Source of the DNA: Candidatus Electrothrix sp. GW3-4
GTDB lineage: Bacteria > Desulfobacterota > Desulfobulbia > Desulfobulbales > Desulfobulbaceae
Assembly: GCF_037902255.1 (NCBI RefSeq)
Contig: NZ_CP147990.1
Coordinates: 1,440,001-1,472,000, forward strand
Reading direction: 5' to 3'
Length of the DNA stretch: 32,000 nt
Positions within the stretch are counted from its first letter, which is position 1; each line of letters starts with the position of its first letter. Under the pieces are notes generated by a model that was not told the origin of the DNA, made no database searches, and saw only the letters and a list, made by a program, of their open reading frames with translations. The translations under genes and the position numbers were made by a program. Shown here piece after piece: positions 9,072 through 16,737 of this stretch.

Positions 9072-10238
9072 TTACTCTTTGTTGATGATATCGAGGAGTT
9101 CATTGGGGAGACGGCCTCCATACACCTTGCCGTCAACAATAAAAGAGGGGGTGCCGACAATATTATTTTTCAGGCCGGTACGAATGTCAGACTCGATTTT
9201 TTTGAGTGACGCGGGCGAATACATATTTTTTTTGAGCTGATCTACATCAAGCTGCAATTTTGCGGCAAATTTTTGGATATTAAAGGCGGTGATGCCACTT
9301 CGAATCGCAGTATACATCGCATCATTGGCCTCCCAGAATTTACCCTGTTGAGCAGCTGCAATAGTCAGCAAGGCCAGTTCCCCTGAACCCGTGTGAAAGG
9401 GCTTTTTTACTAATACAGTATTAAACTTTTCGTCCATAGGGTAGTGGTAATGGACCAGGCGGATCTTGTCGGGATATTTATCGACAAGAAGGCGTAAGAA
9501 AAAATGGACCTTGCTGCATTGAAAGCATTGATAGTCTGTAAATTCTTTGATGGTCAGCTTGGGGTTTTCCGCCCCTATCCAGGGATGTCCTTCTTCTGTA
9601 ACGCCTTTAGCGATGTTTTGCGCTAGTTGCGGATACTGGTACTCCCAATAGGTGGGAATAAAGATTTTTAATGTCCCAAAGGTGAGGACGAGCAGCATGA
9701 GTAGGGTCAGAGTGATTTTTTGCCGGAGCAGAAATTCTAATCCTTTTCGTATACCAGAGAAAAGAGAGTGCTTGTTGAACCGTCTTCGGATGATCCAGGT
9801 CTGGAAGAGCAAGGCAAAGCTGACTACATAAGTAAAAAGGCAAACTATGCAATAGGACTGAATTTTTACTGCGGTTATGTAGCCAAAGAAAAGATCAATA
9901 AGTGAGAAAAGAAGGGCGATAAGGAAGAGCAGATCCCACAAACCTCTTCTTTCTTCTGTGTTGACTTGGGCAGGCAGGCTCAGAAGAAAAAAGAGGGTGT
10001 ATCCCAGAACACCCCAGAGCGCCACAGGGAGACCCAGCAGGATCGACCAAGGGCTTTGTGATACTGTATCGCAATTGATGGATTTAGAAATGGCACAAAA
10101 ACTGCTGTAACCGATGTCTGTATAGTTTCGGTAATGAGACAGGGCGAGGTAAGCCGAGGCCGCGATGCCGATAGCGGCAAGAATAAGTATCGGAACAGTG
10201 TAGACACGATAGGGTAATGGTAATGTTTTTTGCTTCAT
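9072..10238 (-). CDS. VKOR (vitamin K epoxide reductase family) fused to a DsbA-like thioredoxin domain
   Basis: 388 aa. The VKOR loop cysteine pair is C-x7-C (FCAISKSINC), followed by SPWS. The membrane-embedded CxxC is CIVC, the same tetrapeptide as human VKORC1. The C-terminal periplasmic domain carries the DsbA-type motif FTDYQCFQC. GAGGAG RBS lies before ATG 10238. Confidence 0.85.
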   Translation of the reverse strand: MKQKTLPLPYRVYTVPILILAAIGIAASAYLALSHYRNYTDIGYSSFCAISKSINCDTVSQSPWSILLGLPVALWGVLGYTLFFLLSLPAQVNTEERRGLWDLLFLIALLFSLIDLFFGYITAVKIQSYCIVCLFTYVVSFALLFQTWIIRRRFNKHSLFSGIRKGLEFLLRQKITLTLLMLLVLTFGTLKIFIPTYWEYQYPQLAQNIAKGVTEEGHPWIGAENPKLTIKEFTDYQCFQCSKVHFFLRLLVDKYPDKIRLVHYHYPMDEKFNTVLVKKPFHTGSGELALLTIAAAQQGKFWEANDAMYTAIRSGITAFNIQKFAAKLQLDVDQLKKNMYSPASLKKIESDIRTGLKNNIVGTPSFIVDGKVYGGRLPNELLDIINKE

Positions 10239-10259
10239 GGCTCCTCGTTGAAGAAAAAA

Positions 10260-12110
10260 TCAGTATAATCGTAATAGCGTATTCTCTCGTTGCAGTTTTT
10301 TAACGAGAGGACCAAGCTTGCGGATTTTTTTCTGCTGATGGGGAAAGAGAAATCGGTCTTTCATATCATTAAGTATGATGTTGGCCGCTGTCCAGTCCTG
10401 AATAACTAAGGTCCACTTGAGTGCTTGACTGGCGTAAATAAAATTTTTTATATGACGAATTCCTTTATGAATTTCACTGTTTTCTTGATAGTCAGGAAAG
10501 GGGATGTCTTTTTGGATAAAAACAGAAGCATTTCTTCCATAATATATCAATTTCCAGTCTGGTGACAAATAAAACCATTGACCAATCACCATATCTTCAT
10601 GTCCGATCAGCCAAAGATCACAGCCCTGAGCGGTAATATAGTCTGCAAATCTATCTGGATGTGAGCGAATAGTCTCTGGATTAAAAAAATACCAATACTC
10701 CTCCAACCATTTACTTCCCCTATAGGGAAAATGGCGAGAATCAACAAATACCTTGTTCTCAGGCCATAATTCCCACATAAGATATGCACCTTGATTATAG
10801 GTGTTGCCTATTTTGGCTGTTGGGAAATGTTTCTTGATATATTTTGACTCGTTAACTGGGCTGGAGTCTGCAATACCAAAACCTGTCCAGCAGCCCATTT
10901 CTGGTTTGACGCTAGCCTTATATATTGTTATTCCTGAAATACAGAGCGCTGAAACAAATATCAGTGCTGACCAAAGTCGAGGTGGAATTTGAGGGAGCCA
11001 TCGTGTAAATGAGAGCTTATTCTGAGAGTCTTGGACCAAAAGAGCCAGGGAGGAGAAAAGAAAGATCGGTGCCCAGTAAAACGTTGTCCTCACCATCCGG
11101 GTATAGAGAAAGATGAAAATGAGGTTTGACAATAAAGAAGACCATTCCATTTTGCGAAAATTTCTGGCATAGAGAGCGAGAAGGCAGGATATACTTATAA
11201 CCAGCAGGAGCCCTAATCCCATTTGATCATTATTGGCAAAGGGGGATTTATAGGCTGTAACAATATTGAATTTTGCTATATTTTTTTCAGTTGGTAGAAG
11301 CCCCCAAAAAAGTTGAGAAAGATATTCGAAGCCGTATGGAGTGATAAATAAGGATGCTCCCGTTAATAACGCAGCAATAAAGAGGTGCTTTCGTACAGCA
11401 GGAGAAAGCTTGTTGGAGGGGCTGAGCCAAGTATTGAGTATTTCACCGACCCCTATGGAGGCGAGAAAGACTGCGCCGAAGACAAAGCCGCCGTGGCTGT
11501 TCACCCAGATTAACATGATAAGTGGAAAGAGGTAGCAGTTTTTCCAAGCTGCGCTTTTTTCAGTTCGTATATACCACCAGTTCCAGGTTGTCAGGAACAT
11601 AAACACAAAAGTAAATATCTCTGATTTTGCCGCGATTCCGGCGTAGGACATGAGCAATGCCAGTAGACAGAAAAACCAGGTTTCAGGGCGCGAGACAATT
11701 TTTAGTTTTCTGGCAAAAAGAAGGCAGGATAGTACAAGGCTGTAAATGCAGATATAGCGAAGAACAAAAAGTCCCTTTATCCCTGACATCTTATAGTAGA
11801 AATAAAAAAAGATATCTGACAGCCAGGTGCAATAGATATTTTCGTTAGTTGAAGGCGTCCAGGAGTACAAGGTGTGGTCAGGTATCAGGGTTTTATTCTG
11901 CCAGCAATATTCACCGTAAAGAATATGGAACCATATGTCACCATCCTTAAGCGGAATGGCGTAACGGAAGGCAATAATTAATAATGTCAGAAAAAAGGTT
12001 CCAACAGCCCAGTTCCATTGCGATGTATTTTTGTTTGACGTAGTTGAGTGCGCTGTTATTTTGTTATGCATTTTGAATACATAGTGTAATGATGAAGGTG
12101 TGCAGATCAA
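10260..12110 (-). CDS. Large polytopic membrane protein with a periplasmic C-terminal domain (GT-C-like, uncharacterized)
   Basis: The ORF is 616 aa from TTG 12110; ATG 12071 (MHNKIT..) is an alternative start. It has more than 10 TM segments, the first-loop motif PLKDGDIWFH, the motif WVNSHGGFVFG, and a soluble tail of about 200 aa (..NKVFVDSRHFPY..). No confident family assignment by eye. Confidence 0.5.
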   Translation of the reverse strand: MICTPSSLHYVFKMHNKITAHSTTSNKNTSQWNWAVGTFFLTLLIIAFRYAIPLKDGDIWFHILYGEYCWQNKTLIPDHTLYSWTPSTNENIYCTWLSDIFFYFYYKMSGIKGLFVLRYICIYSLVLSCLLFARKLKIVSRPETWFFCLLALLMSYAGIAAKSEIFTFVFMFLTTWNWWYIRTEKSAAWKNCYLFPLIMLIWVNSHGGFVFGAVFLASIGVGEILNTWLSPSNKLSPAVRKHLFIAALLTGASLFITPYGFEYLSQLFWGLLPTEKNIAKFNIVTAYKSPFANNDQMGLGLLLVISISCLLALYARNFRKMEWSSLLSNLIFIFLYTRMVRTTFYWAPIFLFSSLALLVQDSQNKLSFTRWLPQIPPRLWSALIFVSALCISGITIYKASVKPEMGCWTGFGIADSSPVNESKYIKKHFPTAKIGNTYNQGAYLMWELWPENKVFVDSRHFPYRGSKWLEEYWYFFNPETIRSHPDRFADYITAQGCDLWLIGHEDMVIGQWFYLSPDWKLIYYGRNASVFIQKDIPFPDYQENSEIHKGIRHIKNFIYASQALKWTLVIQDWTAANIILNDMKDRFLFPHQQKKIRKLGPLVKKLQRENTLLRLY

Positions 12111-12115
12111 TCCCG

Positions 12116-12994
12116 CTATGACTTGGAAATGATGAATTGCATCGGTGTTGCACAGCGTGGGGGTAAGATTTTTAGTAGTTTGATTGCTCCTGTAATCCGT
12201 AAAATTGAAAATAGGGACATGATAATAAAATTTTTATGTCTTTCTCGAAAGACAGGATCATTTTCGATTCTCAAGAAGATTTTATAGAGAAGTTTTCGTT
12301 GGAAGTGCACAACAAGGTTGTGTTGGGACGCGAATTTTTTTATTTCCTGATAGGTAATAAAATTGAGAGAACTCCATAGCTCTATATTGGTAGAGATCTT
12401 TTTAGAAAAAATGAGGTAGGTTAATCTTGGCCAGTTCGAGAGTACTGGTACCCCAAAGTGAGGCTCATAGGGAACAGAATAGTTTGGGCATGAATGGACC
12501 ATCATGCCTTGATTATGCAGTACGTTGAGGAGGACAGAGAACGTTGCAAGTGGATTGGATATGTGCTCTATGACGTTGAAGCTAAAGATGAAATCAAATT
12601 TTCCGACCTGTTCTTCTTTCAGATCTATTGCAGGGTAAGGTAGGATCTCAAGAGCTATTTTTTTTAAATGCTTGATAACTACTTGTTGGAAGATGGAAAA
12701 AAAGCTGAAGCCTGCTGTTGCTGGTTCTAACGCGGTAATATTGAACCCTTCTTTTTTAAGGAATAAACTTAAGATACAAATTCCTGAACCGACTTCAAGG
12801 ATACGTGCATTGTGATGGGGCAAAAAAGGATGAATAAAATTTAAGGCTGCACGAGCTTCATTAATGTAGGTATCAAAATTTTTTTGAGCGCGATGTGCTG
12901 ACTTTCCTGTTGACTTACATATTTCTTCAGTAAGTAATGTTATAGGAATTGATTGTATAAAATGGTTGAAATCTTCTATAATCTTTTTATCCAT
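12116..12994 (-). CDS. Class I SAM-dependent methyltransferase
   Basis: 292 aa. Motif I is ILEVGSGICILSLFL with the acidic post-I residue in ITALEP, and FDFIFSFNVIEH fits the motif II/III region. Confidence 0.7.
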   Translation of the reverse strand: MDKKIIEDFNHFIQSIPITLLTEEICKSTGKSAHRAQKNFDTYINEARAALNFIHPFLPHHNARILEVGSGICILSLFLKKEGFNITALEPATAGFSFFSIFQQVVIKHLKKIALEILPYPAIDLKEEQVGKFDFIFSFNVIEHISNPLATFSVLLNVLHNQGMMVHSCPNYSVPYEPHFGVPVLSNWPRLTYLIFSKKISTNIELWSSLNFITYQEIKKFASQHNLVVHFQRKLLYKIFLRIENDPVFRERHKNFIIMSLFSILRITGAIKLLKILPPRCATPMQFIISKS

Positions 12995-13018
12995 TTTAGT
13001 TAAAAAAGAGAGAAATAT

Positions 13019-13885
13019 ATGGCAAAGCCCGTGTTAAGAGACCTGTTAATTTGTCCAGCATGTTGTTCAGATCGACTTGAATTTTATGTTAATAAGCAGA
13101 TTGTTTGTCAACAATGTAGAGAACAGTATACTATTCAGAACGATAGCAGATATTTTTTTGTAGCACCACCTGAAAGCGGAAATTCTTTCTTTGAAAGGTT
13201 AAAAGAAACTTTTAAAAAATATCCGAGTCTGTATAGTCTGCTTGTCCATTTTATAAGTCCGGTTTGTCGAACGGATTATTGCAAACAGAAGAAAATAATT
13301 CGTAGTACATTAGAGGGTAACCCTGATGCTGTAATTTTGAATTTAGGAAGTGGTCCAACAGATATTGCTGCTGAGGTATCTAATATTGATATGTTTCCGT
13401 ACAATAATGTTAATATAGTTTGTGATATTAGTAGATTACCTTTAAAGGATAACTCTGTTGATCTAATATTGAATATAGCTGTGTTAGAGCATGTGCCTAA
13501 CCCTAAAAAAGTCGTAAATGAGATACACAGAGTTTTGAAACCCAGAGGGGTTTTGTACTGTGTTTTTCCGTTTATACAGGGGTTTCATGCGGCTCCTTAT
13601 GATTTTTCGCGTATGAGTGAAGCAGGTCTTCGTGTATTATTCGCTGACTTTGACACAGTAGATATTTTTTCTGCTGGTGGCCCAACCTCTGCTCTTTTGT
13701 GGATTTTAGAGGAGTGGATTGCTATAGCGTTCTCCTGTGGTTGTATTCCGCTGTATAATATTTTGCATTTGTTTGTAATGTTACTTTTGTGGCCTTTAAA
13801 ATTTTTTGATTTCCTTCTGGTACATCATCCAAAAGCGAAAAACATAGCTTCATGTTTTGCATATATTGGTAAGAAAAAAAAGTGA
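13019..13885 (+). CDS. SAM-dependent methyltransferase (type 11-like) with an N-terminal Trm112-like zinc ribbon
   Basis: 288 aa. The N-terminal CPAC..x18..CQQC forms a zinc ribbon. Motif I is ILNLGSGPT; other matches are VDLILNIAVLEHV and LKPRGVL. The C-terminus is hydrophobic. Confidence 0.75.
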   Translation: MAKPVLRDLLICPACCSDRLEFYVNKQIVCQQCREQYTIQNDSRYFFVAPPESGNSFFERLKETFKKYPSLYSLLVHFISPVCRTDYCKQKKIIRSTLEGNPDAVILNLGSGPTDIAAEVSNIDMFPYNNVNIVCDISRLPLKDNSVDLILNIAVLEHVPNPKKVVNEIHRVLKPRGVLYCVFPFIQGFHAAPYDFSRMSEAGLRVLFADFDTVDIFSAGGPTSALLWILEEWIAIAFSCGCIPLYNILHLFVMLLLWPLKFFDFLLVHHPKAKNIASCFAYIGKKKK

Positions 13886-13955
13886 ATATTTGATTGCCCG
13901 TTTGTCTAGCGTAAGAAGTAAAAGTTATTTTTGAACTCGACCCTTTTTGAAAAAA

Positions 13956-14879
13956 ATGACAAGAATATCTGTGGTTATACCTGTATATAAGTGCAGTCAT
14001 TCTATAGTTGCACTTACTACAAGATTGAAGGAGGCCATAAGTTGTCTAACTCATGACTTTGAAATAATTTATATCAACGATGCGAGTCCGGAAAACGATT
14101 GGGAGATAATAGTATTTCTTGCAAAAAAAGATGCCAGGATAAAAGGGGTAAATTTAAGCAGAAATTTTGGTCAGCATTATGCAATAACTGCAGGGCTTGC
14201 AACGAGCCTCGGTGACTGGGTGGTTGTAATGGATGGGGATTTACAGGATCGACCTGAAGAGATAGTTCATCTCTACAATAAAGCTCAGCAAGGATTTGAT
14301 ATTGTTTTTGCTCAACGTATTGCGAGAAAGGATAAATTTTTAAAACGGTTGAGTTCAGCAGTGTTTTATCAGGTTTTGGGCTACCTCACTGATACCCCTC
14401 AAAACGCTTCGGTCGCAAATTTCGGTATCTATAGTCGAAATGCTGTTAACGCTGTGTTGTCAATGCATGACGATGTAAGATTTCTCCCAACAATGTTACA
14501 TTGGGTAGGATTTAACAAAACAATGCTTCCTGTTCAGCATGAAAAAAGAACTCAAGGAAAATCATCTTATAGCTTGAAAAAGCTTCTTCAGCTGGCTTTT
14601 GATAATTTAATCGCTTTTTCAAATAAGCCGTTAAGACTTGTAGTAAAATTTGGATTTTTTATCGTTCTGTTATCTGTATTGTTCGCTATGTATTTTCTTT
14701 TTAAATATCTTAATGGAGAGGTTTCTGTTTTAGGATATTCGAGTGTTATTATATCAATTTGGTTTCTTGCTGGAATTATAATTATGACGCTTGGCATTGT
14801 TGGCATATATATAGGAAAAATATATGAAAAGTTAAAAGGCAGGCCGTGCTATATTGTAAAAAATAAAATAAATATATGA
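13956..14879 (+). CDS. Polyprenyl-phosphate glycosyltransferase, GT2 (GtrB/ArnC/Dpm1-type)
   Basis: ATG 13956 is preferred over TTG 13947. GT-A motifs are ISVVIPVYK, IIYINDAS and VVMDGDLQDRPEEI (the DxDLQ hallmark of the Dpm1/GtrB/ArnC subgroup). Two C-terminal TM helices (FGFFIVLLSVLFAMYFLF, VIISIWFLAGIIIMTLGIVGIYIG) match those in GtrB/ArnC. Confidence 0.8.
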   Translation: MTRISVVIPVYKCSHSIVALTTRLKEAISCLTHDFEIIYINDASPENDWEIIVFLAKKDARIKGVNLSRNFGQHYAITAGLATSLGDWVVVMDGDLQDRPEEIVHLYNKAQQGFDIVFAQRIARKDKFLKRLSSAVFYQVLGYLTDTPQNASVANFGIYSRNAVNAVLSMHDDVRFLPTMLHWVGFNKTMLPVQHEKRTQGKSSYSLKKLLQLAFDNLIAFSNKPLRLVVKFGFFIVLLSVLFAMYFLFKYLNGEVSVLGYSSVIISIWFLAGIIIMTLGIVGIYIGKIYEKLKGRPCYIVKNKINI

Positions 14880-14880
14880 A

Positions 14881-15579
14881 ATGATATATAATTACCTCGA
14901 ATGGGATAGTGATTTTTTTGGTTTTAAAGTATCTCAAATAGTCAAAAAAGAGATTTCAAAATATGAGTTATCACTTGTTTTGGATGAATTAAGAAAAGAA
15001 AATTTTAAATTAGTTTATATGTTCCTTTTAAATGGAATTGTATTTTCAATACCATATGTTGAGATAAAATATATCCAAAAAAAAATAACATATAAAAAGG
15101 AAATCCGTGTACCTATTAAAATAAACAATAACATTAGGAAATTCGAAAGAAAAAATCCGTCAGATCGACTGGTCAATTTAGCTATCGTAAGCGGTGAATT
15201 TTCACGTTTCAGATTGGATGGTAATATTTATTATAGTAAATTTAAAGAGTTGTATGAAGGATGGATTGTTTCATCTGTGAATAAGAAGATTGCATTAGGC
15301 GTTCTGGTGTATGAAGTTAATAATATAATTGCAGGGATGGTAACCTACGATAAATTTGAGAACCATGGGAAAATAGGTATTATTTCAGTTGATCAATCTT
15401 ATAGACGACTAAATATTGCTTCTTCATTGCTCAATGCTGCTGAATTTTATCTAGCTAAGGCTGGATGTGATGAGATAACAATTGTAACGCAGGATTGTAA
15501 TAAACCGGCCTGTCGGCTATATGAGAAAAAAGGCTATAAAATTAAAAAGATTGAGAATGTCTATCATATGTGGCTTTAA
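14881..15579 (+). CDS. wecD: WecD-like GNAT acetyltransferase (dTDP-4-amino-4,6-dideoxyhexose N-acetyltransferase)
   Basis: 232 aa, starting 1 nt after the GT2 stop. The N-terminal LEWDSDFFGFKV and the C-terminal ITIVTQDCNKPACRLYEKKGYKI resemble E. coli WecD/RffC as I recall it (LTWENAFFG.. ; ..VATQMGNTAALKRYIQSG). It is adjacent to wecE. Confidence 0.7.
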   Translation: MIYNYLEWDSDFFGFKVSQIVKKEISKYELSLVLDELRKENFKLVYMFLLNGIVFSIPYVEIKYIQKKITYKKEIRVPIKINNNIRKFERKNPSDRLVNLAIVSGEFSRFRLDGNIYYSKFKELYEGWIVSSVNKKIALGVLVYEVNNIIAGMVTYDKFENHGKIGIISVDQSYRRLNIASSLLNAAEFYLAKAGCDEITIVTQDCNKPACRLYEKKGYKIKKIENVYHMWL

Positions 15580-16730
15580 TCCTTCAGAAGTCTAAATGTA
15601 CTGGAAAGATAGTCGGTAATCTTTTTGACAACACATTCCTGACTAGTTGAGGATAACTCGTAATAACAAGGTAACCGAAGTAAACGTTTACTTATTGATT
15701 CAGTTATAGGTAAGTTTTTTTTCTTTCTGGTGAGAGAAATGCCCATTTTAGACAAATGTAAAGGTAAATAGTGAAAGACGGCATGGATTCCAGATACTTT
15801 TAAATGTTTCATTAACCCGTCACGAGTTTTTTCGTCAGGTAGCAGAATATAAAAAAGATGATTGTTACACTGGCATTTTGAGGGGATATAAGGAAGCTGG
15901 AGAGCGCCTTGTGCTGCAAGGGGAGCCAGCCCATTGTAGTAAAAATTAAAAATTTCCTGGCGTCTTCGGTGTATTTCCTCCATATGCTCCAATTGGGCAT
16001 ATAAAAAAGCAGCAACAATTTCAGAAGGAAGATAGGAGGAGCCAAGATCCACCCAGGTATATTTATCCACCTCACCGCGAAAAAATTTGCTCCGATTGGT
16101 TCCTTTTTCCCGAATTATCTCGGCTCGCTCAATAAATAGTTCGTTGTTTATTACGAGAGCACCTCCTTCACCGGAGATGAAATTTTTGGTTTCATGGAAG
16201 CTATATGTCCCTAAATCTCCTATTGTCCCAAGATATTTCTCTGTATATTGAGAACTGACTCCCTGGGCCGCATCTTCGACCACAATTAGATTATGACGCC
16301 GGGCAATGTCCATGATTTTGTCCATCTCACAGCCAACACCCGCATAATGGACCGGAACGATAACCTTGGTGCGCTCAGTGATAGCCTGTTCAATCAGGTC
16401 TTCGTCTATATTGAGGGTATCCTGTCTGATATCAACGAAAACAGGCTTGGCTCCTCTGAGACAAAAAGCATTTGCAGTGGAAACAAAGGTGAATGACGGG
16501 AGTATAACCTCATCCCCAGGCTCAATATCACAGAGTAAGGCTGCTATTTCCAGGGCGGCGGTACAGGAATGGGTGAGAAGAACTTTTGGCGCGTTAAATT
16601 TTTCTTCCAGAAATGCATGACATTTTTGCGTAAAGGAACCATCACCCGCAATATGCCCTTCTAAGACTGCTTGGGCAATATAGTAGAGCTCTTTACCAAC
16701 AATGAATGGTTTGTTGAATGGTATTGGCAT
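15576..16730 (-). CDS. wecE: dTDP-4-amino-4,6-dideoxygalactose transaminase (WecE/RffA; DegT/DnrJ/EryC1 family)
   Basis: 384 aa, colinear with E. coli WecE from memory: PFNKP.IVG.EL.Y, LLT.SCTAALE.AALL.DI.PGDEVI.PS.TFVSTANAF.LRGAK.VFVD, VIVPVHYAGV.CEMD.IM, VVEDAAQG. The PLP-lysine context is SFHETKN; EKGTNRS.FFRG.VDKYTW also matches. Confidence 0.9.
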   Translation of the reverse strand: MPIPFNKPFIVGKELYYIAQAVLEGHIAGDGSFTQKCHAFLEEKFNAPKVLLTHSCTAALEIAALLCDIEPGDEVILPSFTFVSTANAFCLRGAKPVFVDIRQDTLNIDEDLIEQAITERTKVIVPVHYAGVGCEMDKIMDIARRHNLIVVEDAAQGVSSQYTEKYLGTIGDLGTYSFHETKNFISGEGGALVINNELFIERAEIIREKGTNRSKFFRGEVDKYTWVDLGSSYLPSEIVAAFLYAQLEHMEEIHRRRQEIFNFYYNGLAPLAAQGALQLPYIPSKCQCNNHLFYILLPDEKTRDGLMKHLKVSGIHAVFHYLPLHLSKMGISLTRKKKNLPITESISKRLLRLPCYYELSSTSQECVVKKITDYLSSTFRLLKD

Positions 16731-16737
16731 TTGTTAA

